Position numbers and translations under genes: made by a program. The notes beneath the pieces are model-generated. The model did no database searches. It was not told the DNA's origin and was given only the letters and a program-made list of their open reading frames with translations. This document shows positions 45,963-58,818 of a DNA stretch of 64,000 bases, piece after piece. This stretch comes from Macrostomum lignano (taxonomy: Eukaryota), in the NCBI GenBank assembly GCA_002269645.1, contig NIVC01000176.1, positions 248,001 to 312,000 on the forward strand. Reading direction: 5' to 3'. The first letter of the stretch is position 1. Each line of letters opens with the position of its first letter.

Positions 45963-45964
45963 AC

Positions 45965-46730
45965 CAGTATGGGTGACTCTTCAACTGTCGGAATGAATCC
46001 TGAGCAGTCGGGACGTGTCTTAATCTAACAGTATGGGTGACTCTTCAACTGTCGGAATGAATCCTGAGCAGTCGGGACGTGTCTTAATCTAACAGTATGG
46101 GTGACTCTTCAACTGTCGGAATGAATCCTGAGCAGTCGGGACGTGTCTTAATCAAACAGTATGGGTGACTCTTCAACTGTCGGAATGAATCCTGAACAGT
46201 CGGGACGTGTCTTAATCTAACAGTATGGGTGACACCTTAATCTATCAGTATGGGTGACACCTTAATCTATCAGTATAGGTGACACCTTAATCTATCAGTA
46301 TGGGTGACACCTTAATCTATCAGTATGGGTGACACCTTAATCTATCAGTATGGGTGACACCTTAATCTAATAGTATGGGTGACACCTTAATCTATCAGTA
46401 TGGGTGACACCTTAATCTATCAGTATGGGTGACACCTTAATCTATCAGTATGGGTGACACCTTAATCTATCAGTATGGGTGACACCTTAATCTATCAGTA
46501 TGGGTGACACCTTAATCTATCAGTATGGGTGACACCTTAATCTATCAGTATGGGTGACACCTTAATCTATCAGTATGGGTGACACCTTAATCTATCAGTA
46601 TGGGTGACACCTTAATCTAATAGTATGGGTGACACCTTAATCTATCAGTATGGGTGACACCTTAATCTATCAGTATGGGTGACACCCTAATCTAATAGTA
46701 TGGGTGACACCCTAATCTATCAGTATGGGT
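45965..46730. repeat. Compound array: four 64-bp units followed by ~20 25-bp units
   Basis: Both unit types start cagtatgggtgac and end cttaatcta. Confidence 0.95.
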
Positions 46731-46989
46731 GCAGATCTGTATTCTCTATCTACTGGCGCTACGAACCGAATGCATGAACCCAGCGAAGAGGAGACTAAAT
46801 ACGAATATCAAAGCTAGGCGGCCAGCAGGTGCAACTGTTTTCTGAGCTGATGGATGCCAATCGATTTTTGACACTGAGAATTGCGTCGCACTGGAGCATC
46901 ATTCGCCAGCTTTCAGGTAAGCGATCAAGCCAAAAGTGTTCTTGCCGGCTACCTTGAATTGTTCCAGTCGCATTTATTCAACATCTGCA

Positions 46990-47606
46990 TGTTATTTACT
47001 GCTAAATGTATTTTTACTTCGGTATGCGCAACTAATAAGCTGCCTCTCGAGCGCCCCGGTCAGCGTCCAGGTCTCAGTGTTGTACAGGAGGGCAACAACA
47101 GCCTGGAACAGCTGGGACCTGGCGCTGTCCGACAGGGCCTCCGAGAGCAGCACCGCCCGAACAGATCGAAAGGTGGCCCAGGCAGGCCTTGCCGCGCCGT
47201 CTCGCCAGGTCATCGCTCACGTCCGGCACCAGCCCGCGCCGAGGTAAAGGAACTGACGGCACTTCGGGAGCACCGTCCGAGGGCCATCGCCGGCTCTGAG
47301 TCGAATCTCGGCGGGTAGATCGTGCAAGGGCACCGTCAGCACCTCGGCCTTTTTGGCGTTGATAACGAAGCTGACCCTCGCAGCTGGCGCGGCCGCAGTC
47401 AGGCCATCCAGCACCCGTTGGGCGCCTTCGGCCGTCGAAGGCAGCAGGGCGAGGTCGCTCGCGTAGCCGAGGAAGGACAGCCTCTTCTCCAGGTGTCGCC
47501 GAATGGTGCGTCTTTGCAGTAGAAAGCCGTCCTCTGCGGTCGGCAGGCCGGACCTGAGCACCCAGTCCATCAGCAAAACAACAAAAAAATTAAAGAGGAA
47601 GGGCAC
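46990..47606 (-). pseudogene. Degenerate non-LTR (RTE-like) reverse transcriptase fragment
   Basis: PFLFNFFVVLLMDWVLR..LGYASDLALL..GAQRVLD..INAKKAEVL..FLYLG, then a frameshifted LFQAVVALLYNTETWTLT. YADD has decayed to YASD. Confidence 0.85.
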
Positions 47607-47965
47607 TAGAGTTCGCGCAACTAAAAATAAAGTAATATTCTATTGAAAACCGAAAGCAAGATTTAGAAAACAACTGTTAAAAAACAAGATAAAATGCTAT
47701 TATCCAGCAGGAATAATGTAAATATATTTTTGCACGATTTTTTTTAGTTTTTAGACCAAAATACTAAAATTATGTACGATTAGGTATAAAATGATATTCC
47801 TACATGTATGACGATTGCCAGGCGCGTCGCCACCGGGGGGACAGGGGGGACATGTCCCCCCAGTAAAAGCTCTGGGGGGGACATACCAATTCTTTGTCCC
47901 CCCACCCACCTTGTGAGTCGTTGTGGTAATCAATAGTTTTTCTTCAGGGCGCAAAATATAGCGCC

Positions 47966-48768
47966 TTCGGCGCCAAAATGAGTGCCTGTGGCGCTAAAAT
48001 GAGTGCCTGCGGCGCTAAAATGAGTGCCTGCGGCGCTAAAATGAGAAGTGCCTGCGGCGCTAAAATGAGAAGTGCCTGCGGCGCTAAAATGAGTGCCTGC
48101 GGCGCTAAAATGAGTGCCTGCGGCGCTAAAATGAGTGCCTGCGGCGCTAAAATGAGAAGTGCCTGCGGCGCTAAAATGAGTGCCTGCGGCGCTAAAATGA
48201 GTGCCTGCGGCGCTAAAATGAGTGCCTGTGACGCTAAAATGAGTGCCTGCGGCGCTAAAATGAGTGCCTGCGGCGCTAAAATGAGAAGTGCCTGCGGCGC
48301 TAAAATGAGAAGTGCCTGCGGCGCTAAAATGAGTGCCTGCGGCGGTAAAATGAGTGCCTGCGGCGCTAAAATGAGTGCCTGCGGCGCTAAAATGAGAAGT
48401 GCCTGCGGCGCTAAAATGAGTGCCTGCGGCGCTAAAATGAGTGCCTGCGGCGCTAAAATGAGTGCCTGTGACGCTAAAATGAGTGCCTGCGGCGCTAAAA
48501 TGAGTGCCTGCGGCGCTAAAATGAGTGCCTGCGGCGCTAAAATGAGTGCCTGCGGCGCTAAAATGAGAAGTGCCTGCGGCGCTAAAATGAGTGCCTGCGG
48601 CGCTAAAATGAGTGCCTGCGGCGCTAAAATGAGTGCCTGCGGCGCTAAAATGAGTGCCTGCGGCGCTAAAATGAGTGCCTGCGGCGCTAAAATGAGTGCC
48701 TGCGGCGCTAAAATGAGTGCCTGCGGCGCTAAAATGAGTGCCTGCGGCGCTAAAATGAGTGCCAAAAT
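47966..48768. repeat. 21/23-bp minisatellite
   Basis: Unit cggcgctaaaatgagtgcctg with occasional +GA variants. Confidence 0.97.
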
Positions 48769-49218
48769 TTAGTCATGAACATGTAAATGTTGAATTCTTG
48801 TCTTTATCCCCCGGCCCCACGATAAAACCCATGAAGACGCCTTTGACGATTGGTACTAAAAGTTTTTTTGGAGCGGAACGATTGAAAACAATGGCTTGTT
48901 GGTTGCTAAGCTAAAACAATGAAAAACGCTTTCGAAATATGCAGTGCTGCATGGACAAAAAGTTTTGCAACATTCGCAAAAATACCTCTTTTCCTATTAT
49001 AGCTCTTGGTAAATCAAAACTAATGACCGGCAAATAGCAAAACAGTCAGTTCAGTATATCAGCGTAATAAGAGCACGGCCACCCACCCCAAAGCCACGGA
49101 GTCCAAGCAACCCCCGCCCATGCAGCCTCGCTCGTAAATCAGCTTCAGCAGCAAGTCTACAGTGTGCAGCTCACCTATCCGGTCCACAACCCACGTCTTA
49201 TTGATGATTGACAATAGT

Positions 49219-50588
49219 AGATTTATCCCCTCGGAGGCGTGATGTATGAGAGCACAGCAATGCTTTATTTCATTCCCTGCACTATATATATGAGTGCCTC
49301 ACACGGTGAGGCTCATCAATCCACTCCGACTAACAAAGCCAGTATTGTCCACTTTAAAGCATCTCTACAAGAACTGCAAGACCATGCGTATTCTGGTTGC
49401 GTGTTAACTGTTAACTCACTTTACTACTTCCTTCTCAATGAACTGGGAAGAAGGAATTATTGTAACACAACAATTATTGGTTTTATGCGCAGTTAAAGTC
49501 GTTATAGCGTGTGACGTTGCTAGTTTAAGGTGGTCCCGCAAAAGGGCCGTTGGACTGTAGTTTCCCTTGCAATTTCTCATTTTAATTTCTCCAATAGTTT
49601 ATTTTAACGGTTACTTGTAGTAGCGTGCAAATAATCTGTATCAATTGCTAATTCACTGTGTATTTGGTAGGCCTTGCGTTCGTCTGTAAATTTTAGCACG
49701 ATCGATAATTTCAAATTCTCTCGCCAGCCAATGAAAACTCTCCGTGTTTTATGCTACCCCCGTTTGCGCTCTTTATTAACCCCCGCCTGGCGGCGGGCTG
49801 GGGGCCTCCTCCCTTCGCCCTTCGCGGCTCTTGTTTTCCTTCTCTCTCTCCTGGCTGCCTCGAGCCTCCTTATCTCTCGCCACGGCTCCTCTGTCTGGGC
49901 CAGCCTGTTACACACCGTATTCCACTTGTACTTCTACTACACGGCTAGCGCCACTCTCCGCCACTTCTGGCTACTCACGACCGCTGCTCACCGTTATTGC
50001 CTCATCGCCATCCGCCGTCGCCTACTCATCTTAGCATAACCTCATTGTTGCAGCCGCCAGTGCCCATATTGTTATATCCTCTGTAATTCTATTACTATTT
50101 TTGAGAAAAATATAAAAGCCAAGACCACAACGAATTTAACCAACGGTCTGTTAATCTGTGCCACCGCTACACGAAACTGCTACACCGCCAATCGTTCAAC
50201 TCATCCTTCTTTGGGGACTACGACTCAAAACGTGACAAGCGGGCCTCACTGCTGACAGTCCAACTCTGTGCAGAGTAATCTGGAACCTATTGGTTCCATC
50301 ACTCCTAACTTAGCTATTCTATTTTCGCTTTCCATGACAGGGCGGAGCGCACTGAGCATTAACAGCAGCCGCGAGAGCGGAGAACACGAGCAGAGCAGCC
50401 ACCAGAATACGCATGATCTTGCAGTCCTTGTAGAGATGCTTTAAATTAGACAAAGCTGGCTTTGTTAGTCGGAGTGGATTGATGAGCCTCACCGTGAGGC
50501 ATCATATATAATAGTGCTGTGAAGAGATGAAGCATTGCTGTGCTGTGCTCTCATACCTGTACATCACGCCTCCGAGGGGCATAAATCT
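49219..50588. mobile_element. Element bounded by ~180-bp imperfect inverted repeats
   Basis: 49219-49397 aligns to the reverse complement of 50401-50588 with scattered substitutions and indels. No TSD found. Confidence 0.75.
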
Positions 50589-52199
50589 TTCAGTGAGCAG
50601 TATAGTCAATCATCAATAAGACGTGGTTGTGGACCGGATAGATGAGCACCCTATAGACTTGCTGCTACTACTAGAAGCTGATTTACTATAGCGAGGCTGC
50701 ATATACAGCCGGGGGAATTGCTTGACTCCACCCGTGTAGGGTTGTGTCCGTGGCTTTGGGGTAAGGATGGCCGTGCTTTTAATTCTACGCCTTTTGGGCC
50801 TCACAAGCTCTGATTTTTAGAAGCATGCAGTTGCGGTGTTTTACGTCAGAAAGGGTTAGAACCAAGGACGACTTAAGTAGAAGGACGGGAAACCTCGTTT
50901 CTTAGAAAATTTTTGAAGGCACTCTTTCCCGAAAAAATACACTAAAAAATTTTCATTTTTTCAGCACAAAAATTGCTATAACTTTTGATAGGAGGCAGAT
51001 CCAGTGTTGATCTTTTGATATGTTGTGCCTTTTTTATTGCTTTATCGATATTTATAAAGCTTTCCGTTCAGAAAATTAGGATTCTATGTTAATTTTTTAT
51101 TCTACGTATATTTTCATGTGTCTTGTGCTTGAAATACATTAGAATGCCACGGCTTGGCTCTTTGATTTTATGAGTCTATTTTATCCTTCTTACCTGACTG
51201 TATAGCAAATAGTCGTAACATAGATGATAAAATAGATTCATAAAACCAAATATTAGAGCTGTGTCATGCATTTTTGTGATTTTTAGATACAGGAAATATA
51301 CGTAGAATGGGGAATTGACATAGAATCCTAATTTGCAAATATGCAATATATATATGCAATATCGCCAACTACGAGTACATGTGTAATTAAATTTCACGCA
51401 ATACTTTTTTTAACTCCTTGCTTTTTCTTTCGCTTCGTTAGTCGTCCAAGTTTCGTTAATAACATTTCCGCGTTCTTTCAAATACCATATTGCAAAACTC
51501 GTACTAATCGTAATTAAATAACTAGTGCTAAAATATTGTCTCCTATTCCTGAAGTAATCTTAAATACACAGAAATATATTGGCCAAACAGGCTTCTTGCC
51601 TGAGCCAACTTACTACTACTACTACTACTACTACATCTGCCATTTGGTCATCTGGGTGTCTGGGGTGCTCACCTCGACTTTGGTCACTTCGTCATCTGAT
51701 CTTAATTAGCATGCACTACCTGAAGAGAGTCATTTTTGTCTTCCACCAATTATATTAGTTCCAACTTCAAGTGAATTAACGTGGCAATCAAACATATTTA
51801 CTTGTAAATCCTAATGATCCCAGTCATTTTGTCATCTGGATTGATAAAACCTGTCGATCGATCGGTTCCGCTTGCCGCAGCTTAATAGTTAATAAAAACA
51901 AAAAAATTGTTTACTAACTCGAATCTCACACAGATTAAATTGGTTGATGAAGAAGTATCCAGCATAACTAAATATTTGGTCACTTCGTCATTTTATTTTT
52001 CAAGCTACTTTGCTTCTGGTCACTTTGTCATCCGATATGACGAAATGGAATATGACGATCTGACCAGTGACCTTTTAAAGTACGATTTGGGAACTGGAAC
52101 TGAAAAACCGGTCATCTGCTAGCCGGTTTCTAGCAGATGCATGCAGTAGCCTCTTGCATGGTTCAAATTATATATTAACAGATCTCCCCCCCCCCAGGA

Positions 52200-53830
52200 T
52201 GGAATTCTTGTATGCACTGCGTGCTACCGATCGAAAACTTTACCCCGGCCGAGCCCTCGGCTTTTAACTCCGGCCCGCTGACTGCCTTCGAGGTAAACCG
52301 AGTGCTCAGAACCATGCGCCCCGACGCTGCCGCCGGAGTAGATGGCATTCCACCCAGGGTGCTCAAGCTGCCAGAGCTGACACAGGACATCACAGCTGTG
52401 CTCAACAAGCACTGTCCGCTTGGAGGCAACCCAGGTGCTACTGCTGCTGACAGCTGGCGCACCTCTAAGATCGTCTCCATCCCCAAGAAGGGCGCATCCA
52501 CCAGTCTGGACAACCAACGCGGCATCGCTCTGGAATGCACTCTGGCTAAGCTGCTCAATGCTATACTGCGTAATCGGCTACTGCCTGCAGCCTCAACCAA
52601 ATGATCCTGAGCCTCCAAAGTGGCTTCAGGCCCGGTCGCTCGACAACAGAGCAGATTGCAGCCCTTCGAGCAGTCGTCGAGGCCTGTAAAACTCACCAAA
52701 GAGCTGTGTCAATTGTCTTTGTGGACTTCCGCAAAGCTTTTGACTCAGTGTGCCGGCGCGCGATCGCGTGGCTGCTCGAACACTATGGCGTCCCTCCGGC
52801 TCTTATCGTTGCAGTGATGGACCTCTACAACAACAGCAAAGCCTTTGTCCAAACCAGCGATGGCCCAACTGAGGACTTCTGCACCAGCTCTGGAATCCTC
52901 CAAGGTGACACGTTGGCTCCACTGCTCTTCATCCTTGTCGTCGACTACGTGCTGCGCCGAAGCCTCACAGAGGAGGACAGCTACCTGCTGGCGTCACGCC
53001 GGAGCTCCCGCCGCGGTGCTGCCCCTCTGCCCGCCCTCGCGTACGCCGACGACATCGCCCTGCTGTGCCGCAGTCCGACTGCCGCCCAGAGAGCGCTCTC
53101 GAGACTCTGAGGAGAGCGCCCGAGTCGGACTGCAAATCAACGCACGCAAGACGGAAGTGCTGCACATGGGCACCGATGCAGCACCAATCCTGACCCTACC
53201 AGATGGACAAGTCATTTCAGCCTGCAGAGACTTCCGGTACCTGGGCTCCCTCGTGATGAGCCCTGACTCCATCATCGCCGACCGGAGGTCACAGGCCTGG
53301 CGCGCGGCTCATCTCCTCAGGGAGGTCTTCAGCTCAGCTGCCAAGGACGACCTGAAGATGCGCCTGTTCCGCGCTGCCGTAGAGCCAATCTTCCTGTACG
53401 GACTGGAGGCAGTGCCAATGACCGACTCGAGGTCCCGAGCCCTGGACGCTGCCTACCGATCGCTGCTGCGGTTCGCCCTTGGCATCCATTATCCAGAGCG
53501 GCTTCCGACGGACCAGCTGATGGCGAGAGCCCGTGTGCCTCAGCTCAGTGCCACTCTCCAGCGGCGCCGGCTAATGCTCGTCGGCCACTGCCTTCGCAGC
53601 TACGGCAGAGGGGAGCAAAACCCGCTGGCGCTAACCCTGCTGCATCAGCCAACCGAGCGTCTCCGACGGGGCCAAGGCCGGACCGCCACGCTGACCGCCA
53701 CGCTTGAGTCTGACCTTCAAGCCATTAACCTGACCCCACAATCTGCCACAAACTGTCCTTCTCGTCTCTTCTGCGAGCGCGTGCGCGCAAGACGCCCACC
53801 ATAATATCTTTGCGTCCTTATATATATATA
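52200..53830 (+). mobile_element. 5'-truncated non-LTR retrotransposon (RTE-like RT) with two frameshifts
   Basis: AAGVDGIP, IVSIPKKG, RGIAL, QSGFRPGRST, VFVDFRKAFDSV, GILQGDTLAPLLF, LAYADDI, GLQINARKTEVL and FRYLGS run across ORFs 52212..52604, 52601..53110 and 52845..53804. Shifts at ~52600 and ~53105; (TA)n tail at ~53818. Confidence 0.93.
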
Positions 53831-54245
53831 CTGCGTGCGCTGACAAAGCCTTGCGCACTTGCGTGCACATTTCTGGCAAACTTGCGCAACCCTAAAACTA
53901 ATTAAAAGGTTTACGCGCGTCATGCACGCCATCTATGCCACCTATGCCATCATTGCCATGTTAAATAAATAATTATTAAATAAAATTTAATATAAAACAA
54001 TCTTTCACTTTATGACATATATTTACTTATTTTCTCTAAAATATGCAATTTGAGTATGCCTAGGTATAGCCCTAGTAGTTCAAGTGTTCAACAGGTGCAT
54101 AGCCATGATTTTTTGGGGGGGATAGGCCATCCCAGCTAGGTCTAGGACGAGGTAGGGAGAAAAAAAGAAATTATAAATCTTGAAGTACTGCATGAGCATG
54201 ATTGAGGAAAAACAGACTTCAGCATTTTTAGCCTTAGGCTATTTA

Positions 54246-54297
54246 GGTAGGGGGGATATCCTCCTATCTACCCTCCCTATGGCTATACCTCTGCCCC
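54246..54297. repeat. ~52-bp dispersed repeat, second copy at 56521-56575
   Basis: aggtagggggatatcctcctatctaccctccctatggctatacctctgcccc occurs twice; possibly a MITE terminus. Confidence 0.75.
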
Positions 54298-56286
54298 CGC
54301 CCCTAGTAGGCCTATAAAATGATAAATGCATGACCAAGATGACCACATCTTTTTGGAGCATATTAATTCATAGATATATATTATTCTCATTTGTTATTAA
54401 AGTGGCTATTACCAAAGTGGCTGTTTCTGTTACCAAAATGACTATTACCAAAGTAGACTGTTAGTGTTAGGCCTACTGCCATGGCCACACATACACCAAA
54501 ATAGCCACAGCTCTTCATAGGCCTATTGGTAATAATTAGGCCTAGGGGGATAAATGGCTGTTATTATAATCATTATCATTCTCTTTGGCTTACATTTTTA
54601 TAAGACCTAGCCAAGCTTAATCTATATTTATCCACTAAATAAAGAAATTAGCCTAGCTAAAAATAAATGCTTTTGTATATTTATTCCATTTTTTTGCATA
54701 GCATTATGATTATATTAACTAATAGTGATAGATTTGATAGATATTTATAATGATAAGGAATAAATTAGTGTAAATACTAAAAAGATTATAGTTTTATATT
54801 ATACTTATAAATCAATAATTAGTTTTAAGTCTATTATGTAACGTCGTCGCTTCTGTATTGAAAATGTTCAATTTCGTATTTATGGTTTTTGCAATTAATA
54901 TTTAAAACTATATCTATTTTGGTCTAATGTTGTAACTATTTTTTAGTTACTTTCATCATTTGGTTTAATTTTGTTTTTTCTATTTTCAATTAGTGCGGTT
55001 ATTCAAATTTTGCTTCTTGATAGTTTTTGTGTATTGTCTTGCGCTCTGTGTCTTGGTCTTAGTTCCCGTAGGCTTGGTGGCATTAGCATTATATTATCGT
55101 CTCAGATTACCCTTTGGTAAATAGTTGGCATTGCCATACTGCTTCTGACCTACTCACCATTATTCAGACTAGCAATTGAGTTGTTAAATTAATAATACGT
55201 ATATTGGCCTAGGACAAGATCAACACTCAGACTCAGCACACGCACGCGCATCGGTCCCATGTTCTCGAACTAAATAAACTCGTCACAATTATTATAATAA
55301 TATATATATTCATTAAATATATGATTAAATATAATTATTAATATACCAATGAAAATAAGTGGATATAATAGAGATTCAATGTTGTAACCATCTTGGTATA
55401 TGGCCATCTTGGTCTATACTAAATGATATAGGCCCCCCCCTAGTTAAAAAAATTGTCTTTGGCACAAAGGGAAAAGGTACATAATGATATAGTTTGAAAG
55501 ATTTCTTTTTGGAATAAAGTCTATTAATTGGATTAAATATAGTCTATGTAAGGTAACTATAAATAGCCTTTTAACTTAAGCAGTTTTAGTGTTTAGCAAC
55601 TCAATTATCTTAGTCTTTTATCTAAACCATTGCAAGCTACCTATTTGCATTTAATTAAAATTATTATACTAGTTAGTGTCGGTGACTTATCTAACTGTGT
55701 TTAATTATAATTATGATATAATAATGTTAGCTTGCTTATAATAATCTATTGGCTTATAAATGTTAAAAGATTAGCCCCCTGTTTATTAACAGATGAGCAA
55801 CATTATACTTACAATTTATGCTTAGGGGGTTACTTAGCCATTATTTCCAATAATAGAATGGTAATTAGTCTATAGACAACTATGTCTAGGCATGTCTAGA
55901 CTATTGTATGCAAACAAGTTTATTTGACTTTGAGCTAGATATTAGACCTAGTATATTAGTAGTCAACTGAAGCAAATACCTCAGGGGTATCATACTTATG
56001 TAATAACATTTTTAGCTATAAACTTCAACTATTGTAGGAAATATATCTAGTTCCTAGAAGACCATCAAGTGTTGTTAGAGGATATAAAAAAATATGATAC
56101 TAATATTGACAACTCCAACTTTTTTATTATAAATAATAAATACCATGGGGGAACTTTTCATCCAGGCTAATGGGGCCTACCAACTGTGCTTTGGTTTGTA
56201 TTGCCAATTTTTCTATTGGAACACTGCTGCCAATTATCTAGTGGCATGTCTTTCTTTGCACAAGGAATATAATAGATAAGTAATGG

Positions 56287-56458
56287 CATATATGCGCAAC
56301 TTTGGGATTCACCTTGCCATTTCTATTGGCAACACACACATGTAAGTCGCTATTGGCTGAGAGCAGTCACATGACTACTATTCCATCTAATAGTGACTTA
56401 CATGTATATGTTGCCAATAGAAACAGCCAGATGAATCCCTAGGTTGCGCCTAAGCATG
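56287..56458. mobile_element. Palindromic 172-bp MITE, copy 1 (decayed 8-bp TSD)
   Basis: Self-complementary arms with CAT..ATG termini. Flanks agtaatgg and agtgatag match at 6/8. Confidence 0.8.
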
Positions 56459-56807
56459 AGTGATAGACTTATAACCAATTGCCAAATCATACTATGATAC
56501 TATACTACTAGTATAGTCATAGGTAGGGGGATATCCTCCTATCTACCCTCCCTATGGCTATACCTCTGCCCCCGCAGAGTATACTTTCAATTGTATAGTT
56601 TTTCATAGTTAAAAACTATGAACTATTGTTTCCACTTTTTGAACCCCAATGACCGTCATATTTATACTAATAGAATTGAAAGTATATAGACAAATGCCAA
56701 AGCAAGAATTTAGAATATGCTTAAACTATTAAGATGTTTGATAGCCACTTAGATAGAGTTTCTCTTTCTAAAATGAAATTTGTCTTACCCCAAACTTTAT
56801 AGACAAC

Positions 56808-56979
56808 CATGCTTGGGTGCAACCTTGGGATTCACCCGGCTGTTTCTATTGGCAACACACACATATAAGTCGCTATTGGCTGAGAGCAGTCACGTGACTA
56901 CTGTTCCGTCCAATAGCAACTTACATATGTGTGTTGCCAATAGAAACGGCTGGGTGAATCCCAAAGTTGCGCATGTATG
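56808..56979. mobile_element. Palindromic 172-bp MITE, copy 2 (perfect 8-bp TSD TAGACAAC)
   Basis: TAGACAAC at 56800-56807 and 56980-56987; long self-complementary arms. Confidence 0.88.
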
Positions 56980-57094
56980 TAGACAACTGTCTAAAAAAGC
57001 TATTTAGCAACCTAGGTGACCTACTTCGGGTGTTGTGAAAACAGACGAACTTGCAATCGCAGATGAACAAAACTGTACCACTCAATAACATAGA

Positions 57095-57860
57095 GTCCCC
57101 CAATATCAATCACCCTCTGGCAGTGCTTATACAGCTTGTCCACCTCAGCCTGCAGGTGTTTTTCCTCTAACTGCCATAACCAATGCAACGCGGCCTGTTT
57201 GACCTCTTCATGGTTTGCAAAACTCTTCTTGGAAAAGTCAGCCTTCAGCCATTTGAACAGGAATCTCTTGCAAAAGTTGAAGTCCGGGCTATAAGGACTC
57301 TGTCAGAGCATATTCACTCGCTGTGCAGGCAGAAAATTCGAAACAGCCTTCAGGTGTGCAGCCGTGTGGTGTCCATCTGCCACAGAACCTCGTCCAGATG
57401 ACATGGATTTGACTGGAGAGTGCGCCAGAGGTCCCCAGTGTGCCGGACAAAGTCAATAAAGTACTGGCCATTGACCTTGGTGTTCGGTGGAGTTGTGCAG
57501 ATGGAGACTCGTTTGTTTGGTGTGAAGGCTACCAGCAGCATGGTCTTCTTGTCCAAGATGGACTTCCTAGTCACCATCGGCCTGGAGTCCTCAGCTCCCA
57601 ACTAGCAGCGATTGTCTGCCTTGCTGCCCTTGCCATCCAGGTGGAGCCAGCTTTCATCCTCAGCAACCAGGCAGTTTAGGATGTCATTCAAGCCCCGGCT
57701 GCTGAACACCTTGCGAATCTGCTTGGTGCAGGCATCTTGTTGAGATTCATGGTGATTTTTGTTTGCTGCATGGACAATTTTTCATCGCGTTGCACTTGCT
57801 AAATCTGCTTGGCATATTCTTGCGATAGCTTGGGCCATAAACAACCTATGCACATCTCAA
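57095..57860 (-). pseudogene. Mariner-type transposase remnant
   Basis: Hand translation across stops and shifts gives VAEDESWLH (first D), KKTMLLVAF, TKVNGQYF, LWQMD..RLHT (second D), QSPYSPDFN, FLFKWLK and CQRVIDIGGLYVIE. Spacing is consistent with DD34D, with the third D lost. Confidence 0.85.
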
Positions 57861-58818
57861 ATGCACTGCTATTGCTTCACTAAGTATACTTTGCAGCTAC
57901 ACTACCCACAAGTCCATGTGCCTACATAGTACATATTTTAGACAGAGGCCTGCAGTGACATTGCTTATGACACACCCGAAGTATTATTGCTATCTATGGT
58001 CAATAATTTTATTTTTCTTTTGGATTACCTATTCACCAGTTTTACTAGTTGATAATTAAAAAGTTATGTTACTAATTGTTAAACTGAATCAAAGTTGCAA
58101 ATTTTCAAAGAAAACAATTCAATTTGTTAAATTAAAAGAATATAACTCATATAAATATATGCACTTTGGCATATACATATTATATTTATTGTTTTAAATT
58201 TGATTTATATAGAATCTATAAAATTCAAATTAAGATTGGATTTGCATGGGTTAGGATTAATAGCCTTTATTAGCACCGCATATAACATATAAGCATTGCA
58301 TATGGGTAAGATACTAATTTAGACTTTTAATGAAGTTTCCATGTGATAAGGTAGACAGACTGACTGATCCATTAGGGATATTTATATAATGTTTAATGTT
58401 TAATATAATGTTGCATTCTGTTTTTATTGTTGCTCTTTGTTTGTTTATTGGCTGCTTATTTATTGGCTCTTACCCCCTAAGCTTTAACCTTCAAACTCCA
58501 CACAGAACCTCTACCCCTGCCTCACTACCCAATTTTTATTACCTTCCTTGGTTGTTCCAGCCTAAATTTGCCTTGTATATTTCAGTGGTTGACCAATTAG
58601 CAAGCTGTTTATGCCTGCAAGCTTGGCTTTTTTAAACTTATCAAAGCTACCCTTTATTCTTATAAAATAGCTTATGTATTCTTCTTTGCTACTGAACTGA
58701 AAGTAGAAAGCTGTTTATATATATATATGCCTGAGTGGCCCATCCTGTGGTTTAGACTAACAAAATAAAACTTGCACAATTTCTGTCTTGTAAAAAACAG
58801 CTTTAACAGACAGAAGCC

